Part shown: positions 41,636 through 53,944 of the stretch, piece after piece
Layout: each line of letters begins with the position of its first letter
Position numbering within the stretch: the first letter of the stretch is position 1
NCBI GenBank assembly: GCA_001949185.1
Contig: BDGG01000003.1
Location: 2,835,158 to 2,899,157, forward strand
Direction: 5' to 3'
Origin: Ramazzottius varieornatus
Lineage: Eukaryota > Animalia > Tardigrada
Length of the DNA: 64,000 nt
Made by a program: the position numbers and the translations under genes
Notes under the pieces: model-generated
Databases searched by the model: none
Told to the model about the DNA's origin: nothing
What the model saw: the letters and a program-made list of their open reading frames with translations, nothing else

Positions 41636-43121
41636 GCCTGCGATTGGAACATGAATTACAAAGTACGTTCTTGCTCCTCTCTTTTGTACTGGCGTTCCCT
41701 CTCCGTTTCTCCCTTTTGAAACTACCGATCTTTCTCGCGCTGCTCTTTATCATTGATAAGGAAGTCCAGTTGTCTTTTCGCGGCGGACCAGGTATCTTCC
41801 ATCTTCGCCAGCAGCTCATCATTACGACGCATGAACGGTCGATCCATAGCCCCCTTGCGAATCTCCTTCTCGCTTTCTTCACCGGCGCTCGGTTTATTCA
41901 TTATCGCAGTACATTGTCCTACCAAAAGTATTTTTGCAAACTTAATGTTATAGAAGAACAGTTAAAATAAAAGGTCCTACTGATTTTCGAGCTCGAGTCA
42001 TTCTTTATTCTCCGATCCACTCCTGTCTTTGGTTCTGTTTGAGCTCCAACCTGCTTTGGTCTTTCGGACTCGCTTATCGACGAGAATCTTTTGTCGAGGG
42101 TAGTTGAAATTCGAGATCCAACAAAGCTTGGAGCTCCAAGCCGCTCGTCTTCTGAAAAGGAGGAGGCATTGTCAGGTAAGAAATATTTATGTCTATTCAA
42201 GGAAATTCTTACCTTCGATCTGTTCCTACCAGAGTCTTTTTCAGCTGGTTAACATGGTCTGCTTCGCTAGGCTTGGTCATTTCGATGTCCAAGCTCTTCT
42301 TCACATCCGCGCTCGATATGGATTTAGCAGCTGCTTCGAGATCAGATATCTTCCGTCCACTTTTGGAGGCCAGACCGATGGCTTTGTGAGCTGCTTGTGT
42401 TTTTCCTTCAGCAATCTTTATCTTCGAGTCATTCGCCCTTGCCTTTGCGCGGACTTGGTCGAACGAGCCCGATAGAATCAAGTCTCGATCAGTCCAGTCT
42501 GGCCCTTTTCCGTCTAACTCTTCTCCGGTTCGAGGCCTTATTTATCGAGCGGAAAGCAGACAGATGTCGATTCAGGTAAGCGACTAGGTTCTCCTTTGTT
42601 CTGGCTGACCCAGGGATAATCTTTTTATGCTGCAAATCCTTGACGATCCGACCCCAGCAGGCCTGGTTCTCTGGCGAGCCATGTGGGAACTGATACGGGT
42701 TGTACTGCATAACAGTCTCCACTCTTGTAAAGAACTGGTAAACAGTACCTTCTCCAGAACCGTTCTTGTTCGCGATCGCTGTACGGCCACGCTTCTTTGG
42801 CTTGTAACTATCGTCCACCATCTCGTCCTCTGACTTGACATCGTCTTTCTCGGGACCAGTTGGATCTCCAACTTTGCTAGTTGGACTTCCAACATCAGGA
42901 CTGGTCGTGGAGTAAGATAGAATCGATGAATCTGGTGTGAAGAATTCGTAAGTTATCGCCTGCGCGTCGAAGTAAGTCACCTGCCCGTTCTCCGCGTTGA
43001 GTAACCCGATCGCCTGGTATCCTCCCAACGTCTCATCGGCACTTCCTCCCGCAGCCATACCTGTGGTGCGGGTTACAACTGGGAAGAATACTTCAAAATC
43101 GGAAGGAGAGATCATGAGCAC
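41625..43121 (-). pseudogene. Harbinger ORF2, Myb/SANT(trihelix)-like DNA-binding protein with coiled-coil tail; frameshifted
   Basis: VETVMQYNPYQFPHGSPENQACWGRIVKDL...LNRHLSAFR, then a frameshift near 42529 into TGEELDG. Charged coiled-coil fragments continue to about 41625. The ORF is convergent with the transposase. Confidence 0.65.
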
Positions 43122-44677
43122 ACAGCTTTCTATGACCAGAACATGCGACTGCTGGAAAACCGCTCAAATTGAGTGAAGGGTCGCAAGCACCACTGAACCG
43201 CCAGGTGGGACAGAAGTCGATGTGAAGTATCAGTAAATCAATGAACGGTATGGCAGCTGATCTTGAATTTTCGTGTTTGGGGGCAGTTGAAGTGGCTTCC
43301 CTGCTGGGGTCCCATCAAAATTTCGGAATTTTGATGGGAGCGGAAAAGCACGGAAATTCGAAATCGCATCGAAATAGAAGAATTTCTCGCCTGATTGGCT
43401 CGTGGGCGGGCTAACTTTCATTTTCCATTTTTGATTTGCCATCTCTGTGCGATTTGTTTTGGACCCTTGAGAGATCGCAACCTGCGTATTATGGGCCAGG
43501 CGGAAAAGACAGCAAATTTACAATTTGTATTGAAGTGAGAAACAGAAATCGGACAAATGACGTAACATAGTGAAATTCAACCGTAGAAAATTGTCATGGA
43601 CAATGGCCTCCAGCTGATCAGCTGTTTTACTCTGATGCTACAACACTGCTGTCGACTTCCTCCCGGAGAAGCTTTGGACTAGCCTGGACTGTTGAAGGTA
43701 TGCGTGTTCCGGTAAAATAGAAATCTAACTGTTACAACAAAATGATCTAACTGCTATAGCAAAATAACATGACAAGCTTTAGCTCTTCGGCCCAATATCC
43801 CGCACGTACGTACAGCAGTGCAGCCTTCGATGCTGTTTTTACTTGTAGCAAGAATCACCTGCCCGTGCCGCCGTAGCGAAAAGGCCTGGCCCGTAATTTT
43901 TTCTGGTTCATAATATCGTATCCTGCGTGTACAGGAAACCGTCAGCCTGCTCAGTCGACACTGGCCCTGGCCTGCTAAGCAGACTCTGCTTCCTTCAACA
44001 TTTTCTTCCCCGGATGGGAGATCTGGACCACGTTCGATCCCAATTTTGAATTTCGAGGGTGGGAGCGATTAGAATCTCGTCGGAAGATCTTGCGCGGTAG
44101 CAGCTGGATGAGAACCAGAACGGGGAGGAAGAAATCCGATGCCCAGAGTCGTTTCAATGCACAATTAGCGTGACATAGATTATCAAACGTCCTTCGCGCT
44201 CCCCCCTCACCTTACGAGTTACGAAGGACAACTATACTTCGTCCTAAACTTGCTGAAGGGTCTCCTCAGTGCACTACAGCACCTTACGGCATAGACGCAA
44301 GGTCTCCTGGTGGGGCTGGGTTAGCGGATGATGCTGCGCGCACTGGTAAGTGGGCTTTATTTCACTACTGCTCCACCGGGAGAACAACGTTACTGTACGA
44401 GCCTCGTACCTTCATAAGCTATGTATACGATCTGTATGGTGCACCAGTAGCACCACTGTTGTTCCAACATAGCATTGGGATATGCTGGGTGTCGTTGCAG
44501 ATTGTGGACCACGCTGTGATATCGGACAAAGCAACCCTGTGAGGTGAATATGCCAATGAGTGCCATCGCTTGTCAGGTTAGAGGAGATCGGGTCTTGGGC
44601 AGCAGACGCAACGTCGGCCTCGTCTGAAGGTGGAGGATTTGTCATGACCGAATAACTTGCTCGGATAGTACCTCAAC

Positions 44678-46768
44678 ATGGCCGAATCTTCCGCATCCAG
44701 TATACTGTACAATATCTCCTCGCCTCAAGTCAGTGATGCGGTTATGAACGAGTCTATCACCATTGCTCATCATGTCGAGTACACCGACCCTGAAATTCTT
44801 GCCGTCCTGGGGATGGGCAGCTTCGGTTTCATCTTGAACATCGCCGTCATCTCCATCGCTAGTCGGCGACCTGCCTTCTTTCAAGTTCCTGTCAAGTCCC
44901 TAGTTATCAGTCTCGGAAGTGCGAACCTCTTCATTATAGTGGTGTGTATGCTGTTGAATGCTGCGTGGTACTCTCTGCGAAGTGTCTTCGGACAAGATTG
45001 CCGGTTCTTCAAGACCCTGGAAGCTTTTAGTCTAAACGCGGCGGCTTAGTAAGTGGACTATGTAGTAACTAAACTGATTGTATCATTATTGGTTTTATTT
45101 GTGGTGTGGTCGAGTTTGTTATGCTAATGCGTGTTTCATATATCATGTTTCCTCGTGATCTTAGTGTCGTGGTAGCGTGGGTTATCGATCGATGCCGTTC
45201 ATGCATGGTCTACTCGGCGGAAAAATTACCTCCTGAACCTTCTGTGCGTAAACCTCGCCACTTGACCAAGCTCATCATCGCAACATGGGTCCTTGCGCTG
45301 CTGATGTCCCTCCAACACGTATGTATATTAGATTAAAATTGCGGAAATGGTATCGAAAAAAGTTAGATAAAATCGTTTGCCTTACGTTCACAGAAGATGC
45401 TACAGTAAAATCAAGCAAAATGTCTTTATGGCGGTCGGTTTTCAGGTTGACCTGTCAAATGTGTTGGCTGGCGGAAGTCAGAACAAACAGAGGCGGTAAT
45501 TTATGCAAACATATTTATTTGTTTTTTGTATTGTTGTAGGTTATTGTTGTTCCGTTCGATGTGGAGCTGGACGTTAATGAAACCTTGCTGAACGAGCTGA
45601 AGCCCGCAAAGATGGCGTGCGTCTCGCGTGGGATCTTCTACCCGCCCTGGAAGCAGATGATCGTGGAATTTACCTCGATTTGCACCACCTACCTCATCCC
45701 GGTGGCATTCATCGTGGGTTGTCTAGCGGCATTACTGGTCAATCAAATTCGGAAAACAAGGAAAAGCGGAGGTAAATTCATGTCGTAGAAATAAATCAAT
45801 AAGGAAGATCGGTAGTTCGTTTGAATGTTTTACCTTCCTGCATACAGCAGGCCACCGTTTTTGATACGGTGCCTGAGTATGTTGGTGAATGACAGTCGTT
45901 CGTGTTTTGCTTTCCGATTTCATATGTGGGTGTGATTCGAAATTAGCTAATTTCTTCTCGTTTGTTTGTAGATGGTAGCAGGGCTCCCTTACGACGCTTC
46001 TACAGCTACGACGATGAAGCTTCCGCGGATAGTCGCTTTATCACCGCGTTCACCATCTGCTTGGCGGTGTTGTTCATCACCATATGGGGTCAGGCTAATG
46101 CGTATTTTAAAACCATACGATTAGCAGCGCAATAGGATAGGGCATGTGTGTTATTTGAGCCAAATATTAATCCCGGGTGTTGTTTTACAGGCCCATATTA
46201 CTTTGCCTTGATTGCCAAAATTTCCGGTTCGGTGGATGTTGACGTCAGTCTCTCTACTATTTTCTACCTTGCAGGTAGGTTCTTTACGTGGGTCGCGGTC
46301 GATTGACCACCTTAAACGTTTTCAAGTCCGCTGGGATATTACCCGACCAGAAAGAACCGAAAGTTGAAGCAGGAACGAACTGGCAGTTTTATGAAATAGG
46401 TTTTTTCTTCGAATATGAACCAGGTTGAACTGCGGCCTATGACTGACTCGGGTTTTCACCCACCTGCATACATCAACTTGTGGTTTTGCGATTGCGCTAA
46501 GTATGTAGGTGTGTGTGTGAGAGAGTCGTTTGAAGAATCCATTGGATGCAGTCAGCGGTGCTTTGCGACTTTGTTGTGATGACCAGGTGGGTTTTCAGGT
46601 CTGGCATACCCTCTGGCGTCGCCTGTTCTCTATTTGAATTTCCACTTGTTTCGATCGGCAAATTGCTGTCGCGATCCATCTCAGCTGGGACGCTCTTCGT
46701 CGACTATTAGGGAACGCATAGAAATGCTGCAGCGCAACCAGCTCAGCCGGAGATTTGATGACCTGTAG
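44678..46768 (+). CDS. Orphan rhodopsin-like (class A) GPCR, 6 exons
   Basis: TM1 GFILNIAVI; TM2 SLGSANL; Cys before TM3; IDRC at the DRY position; TM4 ATWVLALLMSLQH; TM5 TYLIPVAFI; TM6 LFITIWG|PYY; TM7 AYPLASPVLY. Stop at 46768. Confidence 0.8.
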
Positions 46769-47097
46769 TGATCCTGCTGAGATATAAACTTTACATTTTT
46801 ATTTGTTGTAATATCGTAAAGAATTTTCCGGTGATATCAGTCTGATTCTCATCAGGCAGCTGTTGTGTGTTTTTCCCACAACCTCACTTGTTGTAATACT
46901 GTCTGCGTTGTAATACTGTGCCATTTCTTACCGGCTTTATGCGAAATAATGCACTCATTTTCGAACGAAACTCCCTGTCTTCTTAATGCAGCTCTGAGAG
47001 ATTTTATTTTCGGGAAACTGTGTTTGCACTTCGTGGACAACGAATTGTTGTTTTCTTTCATCAACAACTATCATAAATTAATTAGCGACGCCGGCAA

Positions 47098-47193
47098 ATG
47101 ACTTGAACATAATCGTTTTACCGGGTGGTGGAAAGTTTCAGTTAACGACTATGGACACGTGCGCCACTCGAAATAACGACTATGTTCCAGTCA
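47098..47193. repeat. Hairpin element copy (reverse orientation), intergenic
   Basis: TGACTTGAACATAATCGTTTTACC ... GTGCGCCACTCGAAATAACGACTATGTTCCAGTCA; the inverted arms extend outward. Confidence 0.7.
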
Positions 47194-47806
47194 GATACCG
47201 ACGTCCCATTGGTCTTTGCAAAAAGAACTGTAGAAGTCGTCAGAAGGCATGGTGCCTGTTGACTTCAAGCTTCTACCGTGTATGGAACTCAATGCTGTCG
47301 CCTCTCGGCACCGCATAGCTTGACCAGATCTAACGCTTCGGGCGCCGAAGCGCTTAAACGTTTCGAGGGTATACTGCAGGCAGAACGAAACATTTAGATC
47401 TTCAGGCAATGATGTTCAGTAATTGATGGTATTGTTTTTGTTCAATTGATTACACAAGTCCAGCAAATATCAGGAATGATATTAGCAGTGAAAAATTTCG
47501 CAATGATGCAAAGCGACTTGGCGCGCCGTGTGCGGTGATCACATAAGCGATCGATAAACCGTGGCGACCCTCACATTGGTCCATAAAACCAGCTTTCTAA
47601 TTTATTGATATCAGAGGTCTTGGCTTCCTTTCTGGTTTTTCGAATAGAGAACTTACGGCCGCGAATTGATTATGGATAGCATAACCTGCGGCTGCACGTA
47701 CTGCAGGCGAAGAACCAATGCGTGTCTCAACGGGCAGACCAGCGGAGGTAGATGCGAAAGAAGCAATACGGCACCTGCATCCAGTCTCTTCTCTACATCT
47801 TCAGTG

Positions 47807-50800
47807 ATGGATTTCGTTTCCACGATGGCGGGGGATGCCTTCAAAAGAAATGACCGCGTACGCCGAGAGTCGGTTGCTGAAGGCGGCGGCGAAGAAGAAC
47901 GCCAACTTCGAACAGCTTTGTTGAATGGCTTCGGCCAGTTTTTTATTGTGATTTTGGTATACGTCGGATATCAAGTCTACCAGCTCCTGGATCCCTTTCT
48001 GCGTCCGTTATCTTGGGTAATATACTGGGACACACTGTAAATGACGTCGGTAAACTGGCAATCGGTTGATATTTTTTACGTTAAAGGCGTTGCTGGTCGG
48101 AATAGTTTTGTACCCGTTCAAGATGGCGCTGGCAAGGTGGGGGAAGAACTGGGTAAACCATCTGAAAGCTACCGACACTCCGCTTGCGGTTGGCATTCTG
48201 CGTGTCCCTCTGGGGCTGACCGATACGGCACTGGAGCATGTCGGTAAGAACCTTTGCAGGAGGAAGACGGAAATCTTGTCAATTATTCATTTTGAGCGAT
48301 CCGTGTGCCATGTCTTGAATGTGACGAACAAAACGACAACGACAGCGGCTCTCTGGTTTTACTTCCAGGCGGTATTGTGGTCGGGATCGTGAAGGAGCAT
48401 ACGGTCTTGATACTATGGGCTGGAGTATTCTACTCCTTAGGCGGTCTTTTCAACTTCATGATCTACGTTTTCAATATCGATGTCATCGCCGCGATGTATC
48501 TCGCGTTGGGGTTAGTGGTGACTATCGCAGCCTCGAACTGGGTATGAACACCAACGACGTCCAGCAAGTACAACTTATAAGAGCTCGGCAGAAAAAAACT
48601 CAACAAGATCGATTTTCCAAATAGCGCACGCTTTCGGCCAATAATATCAAAGATGCGCTCGAGTTGGGGAAAACGATGTAGTATAGTCCGGTTTCCGAGC
48701 TTAACTGTCCACAATGGCTTTTGTAACAGTCAGGTTATTTGAATACTGCTGCAGGTATGGGTTATAGTGCTCGCGCATGGTTTCGCGCTCATCTTCTACT
48801 GGAACTCTGAAAACGAGAAAGAGACCATAATCAATATGGCCACCCCAGTCTACCTTGCCCTCGCCATCCACCTCACCGCCTGGTTCGGGATAATCGCGGT
48901 TCCGCTGGTCTTGTTCTGCGGAGCAGTGTTGGTCATTGGGCTCGCTGCCGAAGCTCGGACGTTGATGCAGCGTTTCAGACATCATAAGACTCAAGCTCTA
49001 CATCAAGAAAAGATTGCCGAGTGGGGGCGCTTCGCTGCTCTTAGTCCTTGGAACTTTTCCTGGTGGCCTTTACTCGTCAAAGTACAGACGCATATTACCG
49101 AAGGCCAGTTGGCTGTCGATCCACATAGCTCGCGGGCTGACTTGGACGGTATGGCTACTGCAGGAGACACCACCGATCCCGCAGAATCCATTACTGAAGC
49201 AGAGGACTCACAAGGGAACGGTCAGGACGATCATACGCCGATCTTCGTTTTGATGCTTTTACCTGATAGGTATGTCTCTCAGCTTACTATAAAGTGCAGG
49301 AAGTGGTGCTATGAAACCCCCCCCCCCCTGGAGCTGGAGAAAATCCGAAAGGGTGGAGCCATTGTCTACCCCGTATAGCACCACTGAGTTCTTGGGGTGT
49401 CTACTGGTCCTTGTATCGTGGGTAGCATGGAGTCACCGGCAGCAAAAACGAAGAAGACGTACTGTAGTGCTCGCAGTTTATCGCGCACTCAACCACGTGA
49501 TTAGTCAGGTTTGCCCGGCAAGATCAGCTGTTGCCAGAAGGGCGTGAGTTGATTGACTTTAATGGGTCGTCAGTTATTTTGAAAAACGATCCGGTCCAAA
49601 TTCCAGTTCCTTTCACTGGATCCGAAGGTAGAAAACATTGTCATGGCTAGGACCCGTATATTTATAGCGATGAGGATGCGGAGAAAGCTTTGAGAAACTA
49701 TGAAGAGAGCGGATTATCGAGGAGAAAGCATGCGAAGCTTACAGGAATTCCGGAATCCGCCATGCGCAGCTGGTGGTGAGTCGAATGATACCTGTTCCAT
49801 AAGCAGCTGATAAGCTTCACGGAACCTCATGTTTTTGCTTCACAAAGCAAAGATTCCGGGCAAGCGAGGACCGGAGAAAAGTGAGCAGATACCGGAAACG
49901 CTCCAGATGGAAATGAGCAATTTGAGTTTGACTTTTCAGAATAACACTTGTCTCAACCGATGGCCAATCATTGATTGTTGATAAAGCAGTACAACGTCTA
50001 AAATCCCCGATCGGGCGTTATTTACTGTTCACGTGGTTGAGTGCGCGATAAACTGCGAGCACTACAGTACTTCTGAACACCTCTACGGTTTCAGGCAGGG
50101 CAAAAAATTTTCGACTCTCATCGATGTTTCCTCCCGTGGTCGCCTCCGAGGGGAACGTCGATGAAAATCGAAACTTCCCTTGTCTTACCTGAAACAGTAA
50201 AAGTGTTCACGAGTACATTTACTTCGTTTTTGTTTATAGTAAACTGAGAGACATACCTATCAGGTAAAAGCATCAAAACGAAGATCGGCGTATGATCGTC
50301 CTGACCGTTCCCTCGTCAGAACCAGAGTCAACTCGCTATTTGAGATTATTATGGAGAGTTTTCGTCGTCGTTCAGTTACTCAAGAACCCAGGGCTGATTC
50401 CCTTGGTTTTATTCCCTGCTGCGTATACCTATATCAAACATGCAATTCCCAAATCGACCTACTACCAAACTTTCGCGGAATGGGTAAGGCAGATGTACGA
50501 CAAGGTGAAAGATGAACTTGGGGATCGGAGGAAAGCTCTAGTTCCAAAACCGGTTTTTGGACTGTACAAGATGGCCACATACGGTAACAGGAAAATTCTG
50601 ACGATTCTGGGGAATACCATCGACGAGGCTGCGGCGAACCTGATGATCTGCCTGATGTTCTTATTTTCCATTTTTGCTGGAGGCTTTGTTGTTGTGCAAG
50701 TGCAGCAAGAAACCGCGTATATGGTTCGAATGTCAGGTACGCTACACCAAACCATATACTCGGTACACACGATAATACTCTTACTCTTTGAGTATTTGAT

Positions 50801-51758
50801 CCTGGCTCTTTTGGCAAAGGATAGTTTGGATGTTCTTCTAGGTTGCGGATACCGTTATCACCCTGGTCAAAGACAACGCGGCTTTGATCGCGTCGATGGC
50901 AACATCGGTGCTGTCTTTTGTTATTGCGTACTTCTCCCAGTTCGTCGATTTCATCTTGAACACGGTATGGTAAATCGCCTGCGCTGTTCATTGACGTGAC
51001 CACATTTCACACGTGAATATTCTCACAGATTTTCTTCCTTGCTTCGCTGTCGTTATTGCTGAGTTTGAGTGACGACCAATACTACCCCTTGTACAAACTG
51101 TCAAAGCTCACCGATTACTTCCCCGAAGTCGGGAATATTGCCGATGTAGTCGAGCTCTCGATCAACGGGATCTTCAAGGCGTCCTTCAAAATGGCACTGT
51201 TTTATGGGACCTACACATATACGTTGCTGTCCTTCTTTGACGTCTACGTTACCTTCACACCGTCCGTAGTCGCCAGCATTTTTGCTGTGATCCCCTTGTT
51301 CCCCACTTATATAGTTATTCTACCGGCGCTTGCCGAACTCTTGTTCGTACAGCAAGACTACTTCCTGGCCGCCCTCATGGCCATCGGTGCTTACTTCCCA
51401 ACCACCTGTGTGGACGAAGTAATGTACCAGGAAGTCAAAACGTGAGTAACTTCTCGATTGTAAAATTTTCAGGATGGCAGGACGCGTGGAAAAAACAAGC
51501 AAGCTATATTTTTGACTTCCAGTCGAGTGAGCGGACTGTATGACGTATTTGCAGTGACGTTAGTGTTCTCGTAGGGCCCACCCATATCTGTTCGGATTGG
51601 CTGTCGCTGGAGGACTGCTGACTTTCGGAATAGAGGGCGTGCTGGTTGGTCCTGTTCTGCTTTGTGCGTTTGTTATCTTCCTTGAGTTATCCCGATCGAT
51701 ATTGAAACCTTCAGAACCTCCTCCTGCTAATAGTTCTGTTATTACTTCTGTCCACTAG
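47807..51758 (+). CDS. TMEM245: Transmembrane protein 245 (AI-2E family-like), multi-exon; start could be 47672
   Basis: LDPFLRPLSW|ALLVGIVLYPFK near the N-terminus; SINGIFKASFKMALFYG; C-terminal HPYLFGLAVAGG..FGIEGVLVGPVLLC. Confidence 0.85.
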
Positions 51759-51979
51759 CCTCTGTTGCTTTCATTCTGCGTTACGATTACACTTACAGCT
51801 CTACGATAATAAAAAATCGAGTGAGATACCGGTATGTGCCGTACGGAATTTGGATATGGGGATAAACGGAAATGGCGACGATTGGCGATTCAAACTTGGC
51901 AAGGTAAGTCAGATTGGTATTGATGTTATGTACAGTATATAGCCGTAGATAGAAAGAGGAGATCTATGCTCTCCCACGT

Positions 51980-53020
51980 CTATGCTATAACTAATGAGTA
52001 TATCTTCGAGCGGCTCCGTTCCTTGTTGTTCGGATCCATTGATACGATGATAGTGTGACCGCTTCCAGCTTCCCGAGTTGGAGGTTGGAGGGAGAAGCCT
52101 TGGCCAACCGGAACGAGGTATGAGCAGTGTTCATGAAGATGATAATGGCGCGATAGCAAGTCCGATGAATCCCCTTCGTCCAAGACCAAGTCGCTTTCTC
52201 CTCGGAACTGCCATATCCAGTACTCCGCAGTGTTGTTGGCCGGGAAGGTAGTACTTTGTGCTCCACCCACGACAAAGACGTCAGTCTGGTAAGATTCATC
52301 AAACATGCGCACTTTCCCATTTTCCGTCATCTTGTCTTTGTTCTCTTCCAGCCACTGGACTATCGAGAATGGATTGCCGAGTTTCCTGTCAGCATCCGGA
52401 TAGAACGGTGGATTATGGACTACGCTATTCTCTGAAGGTTTGCCTGTTTCGTGTTCTTCAGAAGCAAAGTACTCACTGATGATGGGCGCGATCTGTGTAC
52501 CCAGGTTGGTGCAGTGGATCCATCGTTCGAAGAGAATGTTCGGTAGGCCCTCCATAAAATATCTAATGCAGTCTTCTTCTTTCTCGGTGCGTTGTCTTTC
52601 GATTACAAGTCCGACGGTGTCTTTGAAGCGCTGGGGACTGTGGGGAATTTTACCAGGCAGGAGGAAGACTTCGCCCTCCTTTATCTCGATATCGCGGAAG
52701 ACGCCTTGCTCCAGCACACGTAAGCACATGTCTCCTTTCTCCATGTAAAATAATTCCTCACCTAAAAAAGGACCCATGAAACAGCTGGCTAGATTTTGGT
52801 TTTTTTGTTGGTGGTGGAACAATTTGTGGTAGTTCCGTCGACACACTGCTAATGTCGACTTACCTTCTTCTAGGTGAAAATCCTTTCGTTGGTTCGGTCC
52901 ACCAACGTACATGACGAACAGCTGACCGTCTGGTCCATGCATCAGTCTGTTGCAGACCGGGGGAGCGAAACTGTTGCTGTTTGCATTCAGCCACGCAGGG
53001 ATGGAGTTAAACGCCGACAT
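51980..53020 (-). CDS. HAAO: 3-hydroxyanthranilate 3,4-dioxygenase; one intron 52863-52762
   Basis: PPVCN, VGGPNQRKDFHLEEG|EELFY and FLLPGKIPHSPQR..TVGLVIER, with the His/Glu/His iron ligands present. Confidence 0.95.
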   Translation of the reverse strand: MSAFNSIPAWLNANSNSFAPPVCNRLMHGPDGQLFVMYVGGPNQRKDFHLEEGKSTLAVCRRNYHKLFHHQQKNQNLASCFMGPFLGEELFYMEKGDMCLRVLEQGVFRDIEIKEGEVFLLPGKIPHSPQRFKDTVGLVIERQRTEKEEDCIRYFMEGLPNILFERWIHCTNLGTQIAPIISEYFASEEHETGKPSENSVVHNPPFYPDADRKLGNPFSIVQWLEENKDKMTENGKVRMFDESYQTDVFVVGGAQSTTFPANNTAEYWIWQFRGESDLVLDEGDSSDLLSRHYHLHEHCSYLVPVGQGFSLQPPTREAGSGHTIIVSMDPNNKERSRSKIYSLVIA

Positions 53021-53944
53021 TTTCTGGATCGGAACCGAATGGCTAAATAACGATCGAAACACGGGCGAAAGTTCAAGCAAGTCGGGATAAAGACGACCGA
53101 AAATATCGTGCTATCAACGCGTGTTTGTCTTATTGCTGATCTCGCACTACGTGGCACAATGGAACGGTACTCTATAGTGAGTACTAGTTTACGATGTGTA
53201 AGCTCAAGTGAGTTATCCAATTCACCTTGTCCTTATCGCCGTTAATCATTTGTTGTTCTTAGTAAGAAATCTAAATCCGGTGATAACAATCTGTTGGTCA
53301 GTTCAAGGTTCACCCACGTCAGCTCAACTTGAACCACATGATTCATTATGTCCGGTCATTAGATGAAAGTCTCTTGTTTCAGGCTTCGACACCCTGGATG
53401 ATTGGAGTTTGAAACCGCACGACTCCATTCAGGTGAGACTGAAGTATTCTAGCAATTAAGTCTCAGTAAATTTCCTCTCGCCCGGCTTCTTGGAGTCCTT
53501 GTAACCTTGCACCATTATCAATTTTGTCCGGCGAGACAATAAGAGAGAAGAAAGGTCCTACTAGATGGTAGGCAGCATTGGGACTTCTAGCTTCAAGCCA
53601 AAGTCCGGAGGCGAGGCAGGCAAGGGAGTGACAATGCATGAGAATTGAAGAATCGACGACCCATGAGTTGATTGGCCGATTAAGAGAAAGCGTCTGGTTA
53701 CCATATCGGATCACGCGAGCACGTGCAACAGTGTCGGAATTTCAAATTTTATCGAAACCCTCGAGACTACAAAATTATTGCAGCTGAAGCTTCCAAAGCA
53801 GGCGTAGTGAAGTTCCAAAAATTTAAACTACGAACCTGGTGACGATCTGAGACTATGGATACAGGCATGATCTTTCCGACTTTAATATTCCAACAAAGCT
53901 TGACAGCAAATTTGTACCAGTCTCACCCTACAGAACTTCAAAAA

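Larger units (their letters stand above)
39994..43486. mobile_element. PIF/Harbinger DNA transposon (decayed), two convergent ORFs, imperfect terminal inverted repeats
   Basis: DDE_Tnp_4-type transposase on + and Myb/SANT-like ORF on -. Left end GGCTGATTGCGATTTCTTGATCGGTCAAAAC..AATCGCACAGAAATGG resembles the reverse complement of the right end, CGCAGGTTGCGATCTCTCAAGGGTCCAAAACAAATCGCACAGAGATGG. No clear target-site duplication. Confidence 0.78.

Noticed and set aside
49316-49328. Poly-C run in a TMEM245 intron, and short direct repeats near 11270 and 43723
   Set aside because: Ordinary low-complexity or slippage features.
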